Origin: Deltaproteobacteria bacterium
GTDB taxonomy: Bacteria > Desulfobacterota > Binatia > HRBIN30 > JACQVA1
Direction: 5' to 3'
Length of the DNA stretch: 64,000 nt
Assembly: GCA_016210005.1 (NCBI GenBank)
Contig: JACQVA010000008.1
Span: 10,625-74,624 of the forward strand
Program-made: the position numbers and the translations under genes
Part shown: positions 29,351 to 39,530 of the stretch, one piece after another
Layout of the letters: each line of letters starts with the position of its first letter
How positions within the stretch are numbered: position 1 is the first letter of the stretch
The notes under the pieces: model-generated
Database searches by the model: none
What the model was told of the DNA's origin: nothing
What the model saw: the letters and a program-made list of their open reading frames with translations, nothing else

Positions 29351-30781
29351 GTGGCTCAAGCTGTTGTAGTTCGTGACCGCGCGGCCGCGGCGTTCCCGCT
29401 GGGCCCAATTATAGGGCTGGTGGGGGTCGCGGTGCTGGCGACGCTGGCCGACCTGGCGATTGGCGCTGGCGCCTGGTTCTTCATGGTGGCGGCGCTGCTG
29501 GTGCTGGCGTTGGTCATGGCCCGGCCAGAGGTAGGGATCGCGGTTTTCCTGTCGACATTCCTGGTTACATATCCGTCTGTGCTCGCAGGCGCCGGCTATC
29601 TGACCATCAATAACGTGCTGGGACTGGTATTCCTGGTGCTCTTGGCCCATCGCGTTTACAGCACCGGCGACTGGTGGTTTGCCCGCAACCCGGAGATGTT
29701 GCTCTTCGGCCTCATCGTGCTCAGTTACCTCGCTTCGGGCTACTTCAACGGACCAGACCCGCGCTTGTTGCAGTTGATCGGCCCCTCTGAGCGCAATGAG
29801 GCCATGCGCTTGTTCGTTAATCGGGTGGCCTTCGTGCTTTTTGTGATAAATTTCATTCGTACACCGGCGCATATTCGCCTGATATATATGTTGGCGATCT
29901 CACTGATGGTTGCCAGCGGCTTGGTCGGCCTGTACGGGGCCTTAAGCGGCGGCGGGCTATACGGTTACCGGGCCAGCACCTTCATCTGGATTATCGCGGC
30001 ATCCGGTAATCCCAATCGTTTGGCAATGTTCTCGATCATCTCGATGGGCGCGCTGTGGTACTTGTCGCAGCAGGTGTACAGCCGAGTCGGCCGTGCGCTC
30101 TTGATCGCAACCATCGTTGCGCTGGTGTTGGCCGTGTTCATGGCGGCCTCGCGCAGCGGGTTGCTGGCGCTGAGCGCCTGCGTGCTCTTCATTCTCGCCG
30201 ACGAAGGGGCCTCTCCCAGGCGGGTGCTTGGCCTGGTGGCGGCGGGGGTCTTGGCGGTCGTCCTGGTGCTGCAATTTGTGCCCGAAAAGAGCTTGGAGCG
30301 CGCTACTACTTTGCCTGGTACCGAGAGGGCGGAGACCGGCGTTGGTTCTGGGTCGCTGGAGCGGCGACGGTATACACTCTCGGTCGGCTATGAGATCGTG
30401 AGCGAAAACGTGCTCCTCGGAGTCGGCGTCGGCAACTGGGAAATCACGCGCTTCTTGCGCGACCCGGGGCGCTACACCGCGCCACCGCACAATTCGTATC
30501 TGCTGGCGATGGCAGAGGGGGGGCTGTTCTGTTTGCTTGGCTTCGTCGGCTTGTTCTGGCGTACCTGGGGCAACCTGAGCACGGCCCGCCGCCTGCTGCC
30601 ACCGCCTAGGCAGTTGCGGGACATCAACTGGATGGTCAGCGGGGCTCGGGTCGGTCTGATCGCCGTCGTGGTGTTCTCCATGTTCGCCGACCTGTGGCAG
30701 GCGATCCCGCTGTTCTGGTTAGTAGGCCTGGGCGTGACCATGCGACGGTACGCCGAGGCGCGAAGCTACGCGACGGCATGA
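29351..30781 (+). CDS. O-antigen ligase / Wzy-like polymerase family membrane protein.
   Basis: About 10 to 12 TM segments, with a periplasmic loop between TM blocks typical of the Wzy_C / O-antigen-ligase family. Confidence 0.7.
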   Translation: MAQAVVVRDRAAAAFPLGPIIGLVGVAVLATLADLAIGAGAWFFMVAALLVLALVMARPEVGIAVFLSTFLVTYPSVLAGAGYLTINNVLGLVFLVLLAHRVYSTGDWWFARNPEMLLFGLIVLSYLASGYFNGPDPRLLQLIGPSERNEAMRLFVNRVAFVLFVINFIRTPAHIRLIYMLAISLMVASGLVGLYGALSGGGLYGYRASTFIWIIAASGNPNRLAMFSIISMGALWYLSQQVYSRVGRALLIATIVALVLAVFMAASRSGLLALSACVLFILADEGASPRRVLGLVAAGVLAVVLVLQFVPEKSLERATTLPGTERAETGVGSGSLERRRYTLSVGYEIVSENVLLGVGVGNWEITRFLRDPGRYTAPPHNSYLLAMAEGGLFCLLGFVGLFWRTWGNLSTARRLLPPPRQLRDINWMVSGARVGLIAVVVFSMFADLWQAIPLFWLVGLGVTMRRYAEARSYATA

Positions 30782-32187
30782 GCACGTGCGGTAACGGAAT
30801 GCGGCGGGAGGGCGTGCCCGCTGTGGGGTACCTTTTTCCGGCCTTCCCGGTTCTTCATCAGACCTTTGTGTTGTGGGAGGTCCTGGCGTTGCGCGAGCGC
30901 GGCGTGCCGATTCGATTGTATTCCCTCAAGCGGCCGGCGGCCGATGACGCGCAGCAGCCGGAGGCAGCAGCGCTGATGCCGGAAGTGACCTACCTGCCCT
31001 GGGCGCTGCACCCGCGCCTGTGGTGGAGTAATGGCATCGCCCTGCTGCGGCGACCCGCACGATATTGGCAGACTGTCGTCGGCTTGGTGCGCGAGTGGTG
31101 GCGTGACCGGCAGCTCCTCGGTCAGGAAAGCGAGCCGGAGCAGTTGACGCTGCGCGAGCAGCTCCTCGGCTTCTACAATACCAACGCCGTGCTCTACCTA
31201 CTGAAGTCTTTGGTGCTGGCGTGGAAGGCGGTGGACCTGGGGCGGGTTCTGGCTCGCGACGGCGTCGGTCATGTCCATGCCCACTGGGCCAGCTATCCGA
31301 CCACGGTCGCCTATGTCGTGCACCGCCTTTATGGTCTCGAGTTCAGTTTCACAGCGCATGCATACGACGTCTACATGATGCAGTACTTGCTAAGAGAAAA
31401 ACTGCGCACCGCGAGGTTCACGGTTACCTGCGCGGCCACCAACGCTACCTACCTGGAACATACCTTCGGTGCCGAGCGGCACAAGCTCGTGGTCAACTAT
31501 CACGGTACCGACCTCCAGCGTTTTGCTCACCGCTCGCGTCCGCCGCGGCCGGTGCCGCTGATTCTCACCTGCGGCCGGTTGGAGCGTTACAAGGGAATTC
31601 ACATCTTGTTGCAGGCCTGCCGCCAGCTCACGGAAGCGGGTCTGGTGTTCGAGTGCCGAATTGTCGGTGAAGGGCCACAGCGTGGCGATTTTGAAGCGCT
31701 GGCGAGGCAATTGGGCCTGTCTGATCGCGTCGAGTTCGTGGGGCCGGTGACCCAGGAGCGGTTGGCGGAAATGATGGCCGAGGCCACGGTATTCGTGCTG
31801 GCGAGCGTCGTGGTTCAGCGTTTCGGTAAGCGCGATGTCATCCCCAATGTGCTGGTCGAGGCGTTGGCCTCCCGGGTGCCGGTGGTGGCCTCGGACGTCG
31901 GCGGCGTGCGGGAGCTGGTTATCGAGGGCAGCACGGGACGCCTGGTGGCGCCGGGCCGGCCGGTCGAACTGGCCGGGATTATCGCCGAGCTGCTGCGTGA
32001 CCCTGTCACACGCGAGCGCTTGGCCGCAGAAGGCCAGCGCTACGTTCGGCGCTATTTCGATCGTGAGCGGAATGTCGAGGTGCTCGCCGAACTGCTGCGA
32101 GCCGCTACCGGCCGATGCGGGGCGGCAGTTGAAAGCGTGCTGGCCAGGGGCGGCACCGAAGCCCAGCCGTTCTCCGCCAGCGCATGA
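30778..32187 (+). CDS. Glycosyltransferase family 4.
   Basis: The ATG overlaps the upstream stop. GT4 C-terminal block GLSDRVEFVGPV...EALASRVPVVASDVGGVRELV. Confidence 0.8.
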   Translation: MSTCGNGMRREGVPAVGYLFPAFPVLHQTFVLWEVLALRERGVPIRLYSLKRPAADDAQQPEAAALMPEVTYLPWALHPRLWWSNGIALLRRPARYWQTVVGLVREWWRDRQLLGQESEPEQLTLREQLLGFYNTNAVLYLLKSLVLAWKAVDLGRVLARDGVGHVHAHWASYPTTVAYVVHRLYGLEFSFTAHAYDVYMMQYLLREKLRTARFTVTCAATNATYLEHTFGAERHKLVVNYHGTDLQRFAHRSRPPRPVPLILTCGRLERYKGIHILLQACRQLTEAGLVFECRIVGEGPQRGDFEALARQLGLSDRVEFVGPVTQERLAEMMAEATVFVLASVVVQRFGKRDVIPNVLVEALASRVPVVASDVGGVRELVIEGSTGRLVAPGRPVELAGIIAELLRDPVTRERLAAEGQRYVRRYFDRERNVEVLAELLRAATGRCGAAVESVLARGGTEAQPFSASA

Positions 32188-32199
32188 GCAAAGCCAGCG

Positions 32200-33120
32200 A
32201 TGGAAACGGCCTTTGCCAGATTTCTAGCCGGGATCGGACACCGCGTTGTGACCACAGGCAGCGGCGAATGGTTCGATGCCGGTCCGCGGTTCTTCTTGAA
32301 TCTGCCGTTTCACCGCACCATTACTCCGGCTAGCGCGGAGCTGCGACAGGTGTTCCACGCCGGGGGGGCGCTGGGAGTTAGATTTGTGGCACCGCTCGAT
32401 GGCCCGGGACGATTGAGTTACCAAATCGTCTGCGATGCCAAGCCCTACGACCTCGAGCAGTTGAGCGCCAACACCCGCAGCAAGATTCGCCGCGGGTTGC
32501 GTCGCTGTCACATCGAGCCGGCGCCCTGCGCGCTGGTGGCTGAGCAGGGCTGGCCAGCTCATGTTGACACGCTGCGGCGCCAGGGGCGCTTGGTTCGTGA
32601 TGACGAAGCGGCGCGGCGACAGTGGCGGCGCTACTGGGCCGCCGCTGCCAGCACGCCTGAAATCACGGTGTGGACGGCCACGGTCGATGGACAACTGGCG
32701 GCTTACTTGTTGACCATCGCCATCGAGGATCGCGTCGAGTTCCTCCAGGCACGCTCGTGCGACTCGCTGCTGTCGAGCTATCCGAACAATGCCCTGATCT
32801 ACGCGGTGACCCGTGACACGCTGGCCCGGGCCGAAGTGAGCGAGATTACCTTTGGGCTGGAGTCCCTCGAAGCGGTGGATGCCCTCGATCAGTTCAAGTT
32901 CGCCATGGGCTTTCGCCGCCGCCCACTGCGCCAGCGGGTGGTCACGCGAGCCGGGCTGGGCCGCTTGTTGCAGCACCCAGCCGTGCTCCGAGCGGTGCGC
33001 TGGCGGGCGCAGCAACCGGCGGCACACCCGCGCTGGCGGAAGCTGGCGGGCATCATCGAGTTCATGCGTGAGGATGCAACCGCCGCACCGTCTCACGGCG
33101 CGACCACGGCGGTCCACTAG
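32200..33120 (+). CDS. FemAB-like / CelD-like GNAT acyltransferase (PEP-CTERM-locus type).
   Basis: 306 aa with FemAB-family-like layout (ANTRSKIRRGL..; WTATVDGQLAAYLLT). Confidence 0.6.
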   Translation: METAFARFLAGIGHRVVTTGSGEWFDAGPRFFLNLPFHRTITPASAELRQVFHAGGALGVRFVAPLDGPGRLSYQIVCDAKPYDLEQLSANTRSKIRRGLRRCHIEPAPCALVAEQGWPAHVDTLRRQGRLVRDDEAARRQWRRYWAAAASTPEITVWTATVDGQLAAYLLTIAIEDRVEFLQARSCDSLLSSYPNNALIYAVTRDTLARAEVSEITFGLESLEAVDALDQFKFAMGFRRRPLRQRVVTRAGLGRLLQHPAVLRAVRWRAQQPAAHPRWRKLAGIIEFMREDATAAPSHGATTAVH

Positions 33121-33143
33121 AGTACCTGTCGGATGGGTTCAGC

Positions 33144-33785
33144 ATGACGGCGGCGAGTTCAGGAATGGCGGTGGCGACCGAAGCGAAGCCAAGCATCGGC
33201 TTGATGCGGCCCGAGCACGTGGCGACCGTGGCCCGTCTGCACCGCGAGACGTTTCCCGACGAGCTGTTGCCACAGCTGGGTCCGGCGGTGATGGATGTGC
33301 TCTATCGCAGTTACCTCGACAGCCCCCGGGGGGTAGCGGTGGCGGCCACCCAAGACGGCGAGGTGGCAGGCTTTGCCACCGGCGCCATCGGCCCCGGGTT
33401 CGTGCGAGAAGTGGTGCGTCGTCACTGGAAGTTGATCGCGGCTGCGGCCCTGCGGGCGGCGGTGCGGTCTCCGCGCCTGCTCCGTGAGTTGACAGCGGTG
33501 ACGCAGCGCTTGCCGGACCCCTTTCCCGGGGATCCGGCACGACGCTTCTACTGGCGCATCTTGGTGGTTGCGCCGGCATGGCGCGGGCAGCGACTGGCCA
33601 TGCCGCTGGTGCGGGCGATCTTGCTCGAAGCGCGCCGGCGCGGTGCCCACGACGTCTTTTCGCCTGTCTATGACTACAACAGGCCCTCGATCCGCTTGCA
33701 CGAAATCCTCGGGTTCGAGAGCTACCCGGCGGCGCCCGGGTTGCATTTCTATCGCTTGGAGTTGGCCCGCCTAGGGGAGGAGTGA
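33144..33785 (+). CDS. GNAT family N-acetyltransferase.
   Basis: Acetyl-CoA-binding motif RILVVAPAWRGQRLAMPLVRAILLEARRRGAHDV. Confidence 0.75.
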   Translation: MTAASSGMAVATEAKPSIGLMRPEHVATVARLHRETFPDELLPQLGPAVMDVLYRSYLDSPRGVAVAATQDGEVAGFATGAIGPGFVREVVRRHWKLIAAAALRAAVRSPRLLRELTAVTQRLPDPFPGDPARRFYWRILVVAPAWRGQRLAMPLVRAILLEARRRGAHDVFSPVYDYNRPSIRLHEILGFESYPAAPGLHFYRLELARLGEE

Positions 33786-33883
33786 GATGAGCGTGGGGGT
33801 GAGCTTCAAGGAGTGGGCAGGGCCAAGGCCGCGAGCAACCAGCAGCGGCCTGCGCCCGCCGTTGGGTTCGATGCGCGGTTCGT

Positions 33884-35047
33884 GTGGGAGATGCCATGGC
33901 AGCGAGTGATCCGATCCCGTTTCACCGGCCGCCGATCGGCGAAGAAGAAATCGCCGCGGTGGTGGAGGCGCTGCGCTCGGGCTGGCTGACGATGGGGCCG
34001 AAGACGCGCGCCTTCGAGGAAGCCTTCGCCGCCGCGATCGGGGCGCGGCATGCCATCGCGGTGAGTTCCTGCACCGCGGCGCTGCACCTCGGGCTCAACG
34101 CGCTCGGCGTCGGGCCCGGCGACGAGGTCATCACTTCCACCTACACATTCACCGCCACCGCCGCCACCATTGTGCACGCCGGAGCGCGGCCGGTGTTGGC
34201 CGATTGCACCGCCGACACGCTCAACCTCGACCTCGATGACGTACGGCGCAAGATCACAGCGCGCACCAAGGCTATCGTCCCCGTACATTTCGCGGGCCAA
34301 CCGGTCGATATGGACGGGGTTGCGGCTGTGGCCAAAGAACACGGCCTGGTGGTTCTCGAGGACGCCGCACACGCGTTGCCGGCCGCGTTCAACGGCCGGC
34401 CGATCGGAACCATCAGTCCGCTGACCGCCTTTAGCTTCTACGCCACCAAGAACATCACCACCGGCGAAGGGGGCATGCTGACCACCGCCGATGACGACAT
34501 CGCCGACTGTTTGCGTACGCGGCGTTTGCATGGCATGAGCCGCGACGCTTGGCGCCGGTATAGCGCGGAGGGGTCGTGGCGGTATGACGTGGCCTACCCC
34601 GGCTTCAAGTACAACATGACCGACTTGAACGCCGCCCTCGGCTTGGTCCAGTTGAAAAAGATGGAGCGCTTCCGCCAGGCGCGCGAGTCGCTGGCGCAAC
34701 GCTACACGGCGTGCTTTCGCGCGGTGGAGGAGGTGCAGGGGCCGGCGGTGCAGCCGAACCGGCTGCATGCTTGGCATCTCTACGTGCTGCGCATTCTGCC
34801 GGCTGCCCGAATCACGCGCGACCAGCTGATCGAGGAACTCAAACAAGCCGGCATCGGCACCAGCCAACACTTCATCCCGGTCCACCTGCATTCATATTAC
34901 CAGCAAGCCCTCGGCGTGCGGCCCGAGGATTTTCCGGTGGCTACCACCGTTGCCGAACAGAGCCTGTCGCTGCCGTTGTATCCGGATCTGAGTGCACAGG
35001 ACGCTGAGCGGATTGCGTCCACCGTTATTCGCTTGGTTCGGGGGTAG
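33884..35047 (+). CDS. DegT/DnrJ/EryC1/StrS-family sugar aminotransferase (PLP-dependent).
   Basis: N-terminus IPFHRPPIGEEEIAAV; the region AFSFYATKNITTGEGGM with Lys for PLP. Confidence 0.9.
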   Translation: MGDAMAASDPIPFHRPPIGEEEIAAVVEALRSGWLTMGPKTRAFEEAFAAAIGARHAIAVSSCTAALHLGLNALGVGPGDEVITSTYTFTATAATIVHAGARPVLADCTADTLNLDLDDVRRKITARTKAIVPVHFAGQPVDMDGVAAVAKEHGLVVLEDAAHALPAAFNGRPIGTISPLTAFSFYATKNITTGEGGMLTTADDDIADCLRTRRLHGMSRDAWRRYSAEGSWRYDVAYPGFKYNMTDLNAALGLVQLKKMERFRQARESLAQRYTACFRAVEEVQGPAVQPNRLHAWHLYVLRILPAARITRDQLIEELKQAGIGTSQHFIPVHLHSYYQQALGVRPEDFPVATTVAEQSLSLPLYPDLSAQDAERIASTVIRLVRG

Positions 35048-35061
35048 AGGGGAGTTCGACT

Positions 35062-36462
35062 ATGAAGCGGGCCGTTGACTTGACTCTGGCGCTGGCCGGG
35101 TTGGTGTTCTTGCTCCCGCTCATGGCGCTGGTGGCGTTGCTGATCAAGCTCGACTCCGCCGGCCCGGTGTTCTTTCGCCAGCGACGCGTGGGGCGCGACG
35201 CCAAGCCGTTCGAGATCTACAAATTCCGGACGATGGTCGTGGGTGCCTATCAGATGGGCTCACGTCTGACGACCAAGCGCGATCCGCGCGTGACCCGCGT
35301 CGGGCAGATCCTACGGTGGTTCAAGATCGATGAGCTGCCCCAACTCCTCAACGTGGTGAGCGGCGAGATGAGCCTGATCGGCCCCCGGCCCGAGGACCCG
35401 TACTTCGTGCAGTTCTACTCAGCGGCGCAGCGGGCGGCGCTGTCGGTACGGCCCGGAATTGTCGGACCGAGCCAGATCTCAGGGCGCGACGAGCTGGAGA
35501 GCTATCCCGAGGGCTTGAAAGACACCGAAGGGTACTACGTGGACCATATTCTGCCCGATAAGCTCGCGCGCGACCTCGAGTACATCCGCAACGCCACGCT
35601 GATGGGGGACATCAAGTTGCTGCTGCACGGCGTCTGGGTCACTGTCCTGGGTGCAATCAAGACCAAGTACCTGTGGCGGCGCCGCAAGCGCATCGCTTTG
35701 ATGGCGGCCGACCTGGCATTGGTGGCGGTGGCCTATTGGGCAGCGGTCCTAATCCGCTACGAAGGGGCGTGGCCCGATGACGCGGCATTTGCGCTGACGC
35801 CGTTGCTGATCATCGTCCTCGTCCGGCCGGTTTCCTTGATGTACTACGGTGCCTACCAGGGCATTTCAGCCTACTTCGGCCTGTGGGACGTGGTGGCCTT
35901 GGTCAAAGCCGTCTCTTTCAGCGCGGTGGTCGCCGCCGGCCTGACGTTCTTTCTGGGCTTTCAGAAGTTTCCCCGCTCGGTGTTCGCGATTGATTGGGCC
36001 CTGGTCCTTCTGCTCATGGGGAACTTGCGCTACGGCCTGCGCGGCTGGGCGCGCCGCGGCGTGCACCAGCACCGCCCACGCAAGCAAAAGGCCCTCATCG
36101 TCGGTGCCGGCAGCGGCGGCGAGCAAATCAGCCGCATGTTGCTGGAAGATCCGTTGTCGCCCTACCGCCCGATCGGGTTCATCGATGAATCAGCCGAACG
36201 GTGGGGCTCGCTGATCCACGGCATCCGGGTGCTGGGCGGGAGCGCCGAGCTGGCGCTGGCGTTGTCGGCCAATGGCGTCAAAGCCGTGTTCGTGTGCCCG
36301 TCGGATTTACACGACGGCATGGCCGAGGACGTGATAACGACTTGCGAACGGGCGGGCGTTGACTACCGCATTGTCCCCGCCTTGACCGACTTATTGAATA
36401 CCGACGGCTTCACGGTGGAACGGCCGGGCTACGGCGCGCAGCGCAGTGTGGCGTCGGTGTGA
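35062..36462 (+). CDS. Polyprenyl-phosphate sugar-phosphate transferase (bacterial sugar transferase). The catalytic domain is N-terminal, followed by TM helices and a C-terminal Rossmann-like (CoA-binding-type) domain.
   Basis: Catalytic block [24 protein letters not shown]...[21 protein letters not shown] lies within the first 120 aa. Three to four TM segments follow, then [14 protein letters not shown]...GFIDE. Confidence 0.8.
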   Translation: MKRAVDLTLALAGLVFLLPLMALVALLIKLDSAGPVFFRQRRVGRDAKPFEIYKFRTMVVGAYQMGSRLTTKRDPRVTRVGQILRWFKIDELPQLLNVVSGEMSLIGPRPEDPYFVQFYSAAQRAALSVRPGIVGPSQISGRDELESYPEGLKDTEGYYVDHILPDKLARDLEYIRNATLMGDIKLLLHGVWVTVLGAIKTKYLWRRRKRIALMAADLALVAVAYWAAVLIRYEGAWPDDAAFALTPLLIIVLVRPVSLMYYGAYQGISAYFGLWDVVALVKAVSFSAVVAAGLTFFLGFQKFPRSVFAIDWALVLLLMGNLRYGLRGWARRGVHQHRPRKQKALIVGAGSGGEQISRMLLEDPLSPYRPIGFIDESAERWGSLIHGIRVLGGSAELALALSANGVKAVFVCPSDLHDGMAEDVITTCERAGVDYRIVPALTDLLNTDGFTVERPGYGAQRSVASV

Positions 36463-36489
36463 AAGCGTATCACAAGAAGGGAACAGGGC

Positions 36490-37503
36490 ATGTCGCAGGA
36501 TCTCGTGCTGGTAACCGGAGGCGCCGGTTATGTTGGTTCACATCTGGTCCGTAAACTGTTGGCCGATGGCTTCCGGGTGCGGATCTTGGACAATCTCCTT
36601 TACGGCGAGCACGGCATCGCCGATCTCCGTTCTGACCCGCGGCTTCAGGTGAGCGTAGGCGACATCTGCAGCCTGCGCGACGTTGCCCGTGCGGTGCAGG
36701 GGGTGCGCGCGGTGGTGGCTTTGGCGGCGGTGGTCGGTGATCCGGCGTGTGAGGTCGACCCTCAGGAGACCATGCGAATAAACTTCGAGTCGACCCGCTG
36801 TATGCTCGACGCCTGCCGCGAGGCGGGGGTGCGGCGGTTGGTGTTCGCCTCGTCGTGCAGCGTTTATGGGGCGAATGGCCAGGAGCTGTTACACGAGGGC
36901 TCTCATCTCAACCCGGTGTCGCTGTACGCGCGCACGCGCATCATGTCGGAGAACGTGTTGCTGCAGGAGCGTGGTCCGGTCGAGGTAATCATTTTGCGCC
37001 TGGCGACAGTCTGTGGGCAATCAACGCGCATGCGCTTCGATCTGATGGTGAACACGATCACGGCCCGCGCCGCTCGCGAGGGCAGAGTGCGGATCGTCGG
37101 GGTCGAACAGTGGCGCCCGCACTTGCACGTCCGCGACGCAGCCGCGGCGTTTGCTCGGGCTGTCGAAGCGCCGAGCGCGGCGGCCCAGGGAGGCATCTTC
37201 AACGTCGGCCACGAATCGCAGAATTTCACCATCGGTGATGTGGCCGAGAAGGTCGTGCAGCACCTGCCCGATACCGTCGTCGAGTATGCTAACGGCACCG
37301 GCGACCGCCGCAGTTATCGCGTCAGCTTCGAGCGCGTCCGCGAGCAGCTCGGCTTTGTCCCACAGTTCACGGTCGACGACGCGATTCGAGAGATTCGCAC
37401 TCTGCTGACCAACGGGGCGATCGCCGATATCGACGACGCTCAGTTCCACAACGTGAAATGGCTGCGGCGGACGGGCCTGCGCCCGGCGGCGGCGCCGGGC
37501 TGA
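36490..37503 (+). CDS. NAD-dependent epimerase/dehydratase (SDR family).
   Basis: VLVTGGAGYVGSHLV and the catalytic YxxxK region. Confidence 0.85.
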   Translation: MSQDLVLVTGGAGYVGSHLVRKLLADGFRVRILDNLLYGEHGIADLRSDPRLQVSVGDICSLRDVARAVQGVRAVVALAAVVGDPACEVDPQETMRINFESTRCMLDACREAGVRRLVFASSCSVYGANGQELLHEGSHLNPVSLYARTRIMSENVLLQERGPVEVIILRLATVCGQSTRMRFDLMVNTITARAAREGRVRIVGVEQWRPHLHVRDAAAAFARAVEAPSAAAQGGIFNVGHESQNFTIGDVAEKVVQHLPDTVVEYANGTGDRRSYRVSFERVREQLGFVPQFTVDDAIREIRTLLTNGAIADIDDAQFHNVKWLRRTGLRPAAAPG

Positions 37504-37509
37504 CCGCGC

Positions 37510-38571
37510 ATGCAGTCTCGCCCTCGCGTGACGGCCGCACTGATCGGATGCGGCCGCATCGCACAGGTGCACCAGCAGTACCTGGCCACAGTGCCGGAGG
37601 CGGAGCTGGTGGCGGTGTGCGACGCCGACGCCGGCGCGCGGGCGGCGATGAGCGCCCGCGCCGCGGTGCCGCCGTACGCCTCGCTGGAACAGCTGCTGGC
37701 AGCCGCTGCACCCCAGGTGGTCCACATCCTAACCCCGCCGCCAACCCACGCGCCGCTGGCGCTGCAAGCGCTGGCGGCCGGTGCTCACGTGCTGATCGAG
37801 AAGCCGATGGCGCTATCTGCCGCCGACGCGGATAGCCTGGTGGCGGCGGCGCACCGAAATAATTGTATTGTTACCGCAGATCATAATCGGTGGTTCGATC
37901 CGGTGGTGCAGCGGGCGCGGGCGCTGCTCGCCAGCGGCGCGCTCGGTACCCTCACCGGGGTCGAGATCTTCCAGGGCGCGGTCGGTGAGGGCGACGCCGC
38001 GGCGCTGGGCTGGAAGACGGCCTTGCCGGGCGGCCCGCTGCACGACGTCGCTCCGCATCCGCTCTATTTTCTGCGCCACTTCCTGGGCCCGATTGCTACC
38101 TTCGAGGTGATGGCAGAGCGCGACGCCAACGGAAACGTGGCCGAGGCGCGGGCGATCGCCCGGGGTGAAGCCGGGTGGGGGACGGTGACTCTGTCGCTGC
38201 GCGCACGCCCGGCCAGCAATTGGGTGCGGTTGCTGGGTTCGGTCGCCACCGCCGAGATCAACCTCAACCACATGACCTTGGTGGTCTATCGCGACCACCA
38301 GGTGTCGAAGCTGATCGGCAAGGTCCTGCCCAACCTCGACGTGGCCTGGCAGCTGGTGCGCGACACCGCGCGCAACGGGATGGAGTTCGTGCGCGGGAAG
38401 CAGCGTTTCTATCCCGGCATTGGCGCACACCTGCGCGAGTTCTATCGCTGTGTGGCGGGCGGTTTGCCGGCGCCGGTGAGCGCCGAGGCGGCCCGCGACG
38501 TGGTCGCCATGTGCGAGCAGACTTTGGCGGCGAACGGTGCCTCGCAGCCGGCTCGGGCGGTTGGCCTGTGA
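37510..38571 (+). CDS. Gfo/Idh/MocA family oxidoreductase (sugar-nucleotide dehydrogenase type).
   Basis: AALIGCGRIAQVHQ Rossmann N-terminus and the EKP motif (HVLIEKPMAL). Confidence 0.85.
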   Translation: MQSRPRVTAALIGCGRIAQVHQQYLATVPEAELVAVCDADAGARAAMSARAAVPPYASLEQLLAAAAPQVVHILTPPPTHAPLALQALAAGAHVLIEKPMALSAADADSLVAAAHRNNCIVTADHNRWFDPVVQRARALLASGALGTLTGVEIFQGAVGEGDAAALGWKTALPGGPLHDVAPHPLYFLRHFLGPIATFEVMAERDANGNVAEARAIARGEAGWGTVTLSLRARPASNWVRLLGSVATAEINLNHMTLVVYRDHQVSKLIGKVLPNLDVAWQLVRDTARNGMEFVRGKQRFYPGIGAHLREFYRCVAGGLPAPVSAEAARDVVAMCEQTLAANGASQPARAVGL

Positions 38572-39530
38572 GAGCGCTGGTTACAGGCGCCGCCGGGTTT
38601 CTCGGGCGCCACGTAGTTGCACGACTACTGGCAGAGCAGGTGGCGGTGCGCGCGCTGGTGCGCCGCGAGCACGCCGCGCTGCCGGCGGCCGCCGAGCAGA
38701 TCGTCGGTGATATCTGCGACGAGGGGGCGGTGGCCCGCGCCGTGGCGGGCGTGGACTGGGTGATCCACACGGCCGCGCGGGTGGCCACCAGCGGTACGTG
38801 GGCGGAATTCGAGGCGGCTAACGTCGCCGGTACCGAGTTGGTCTTGCGCACTGCCGCCGCCGCCGGGGTGGCGCGCGTGGTGCACGTGAGTTCTTTGAGC
38901 GTCTACGCGGTGCCGGCGAACGGGGTCACGATCACTGAGGACAGCCCGTACGAAGCCGGTGCCGGCGAGCGGGGCTTCTACTCGAAGTCGAAGTTGATCG
39001 CCGATCGCCTGGTCATGCAGGCTGCGCACGGCGGCGCCCCGGCCACCGTGGTGCGGCCGGGGCTGTTGTACGGGCCGGGCCGCCGGCCGCCGTTGGCGCG
39101 CCAGGCGGTGGCGCTCGGACCAGCGCGCGTCATCCTCGGCAGCCGAAAGTATCTGATGCCGATGAGCTACGTCGAAAACACGGCCGCGGCGCTGCTGCTA
39201 GCGGCACGGGCCGAAGGTGCAGCGGGCAGAGCTTACACCGTGGTCGATGCCAACGTACCCCACGCCGAGTATGCGCGGCGTTATCGCCAAGCCGCCGGCC
39301 AGCAGTGGCAGGCGGTATATGTGCCGGCCGGATTACTCATGCCGTTGGCTCGCTGTGCCGAGCTGGCGAGTGCCGTCATCCGTCGTGCCGCGCCGCTTAC
39401 CCGGCACCAACTCCGCCGCGCCACTTGGAGTGCCTTCTACGACTGTGCTCGGGCTGAGCGCGAGCTGGGCTGGCGCCCGCAAGTGGATCTCGAGGAAGGA
39501 TTGCGCCGCAGCTTTGCGGCAATTGACTGA
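38568..39530 (+). CDS. NAD-dependent epimerase/dehydratase.
   Basis: The GTG start overlaps the upstream stop (GTGA). N-terminus VRALVTGAAGFLGRHVV. The N-terminal extension in the track ORF (38175) is spurious. Confidence 0.8.
   Translation: MRALVTGAAGFLGRHVVARLLAEQVAVRALVRREHAALPAAAEQIVGDICDEGAVARAVAGVDWVIHTAARVATSGTWAEFEAANVAGTELVLRTAAAAGVARVVHVSSLSVYAVPANGVTITEDSPYEAGAGERGFYSKSKLIADRLVMQAAHGGAPATVVRPGLLYGPGRRPPLARQAVALGPARVILGSRKYLMPMSYVENTAAALLLAARAEGAAGRAYTVVDANVPHAEYARRYRQAAGQQWQAVYVPAGLLMPLARCAELASAVIRRAAPLTRHQLRRATWSAFYDCARAERELGWRPQVDLEEGLRRSFAAID

Noticed and set aside
33786-33895. Overlapping long reverse-strand ORFs 33139..33897, 33806..34891 and others.
   Set aside because: These are high-GC antisense frames of the GNAT and aminotransferase genes with Arg/Ala/Gly-rich composition.
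38175-38567. N-terminal 131-aa extension of track ORF 38175..39530.
   Set aside because: It is Arg/Gly-rich and overlaps the Gfo/Idh gene in another frame. The real gene starts at the GTG at 38568 with the SDR motif VTGAAGFLG.
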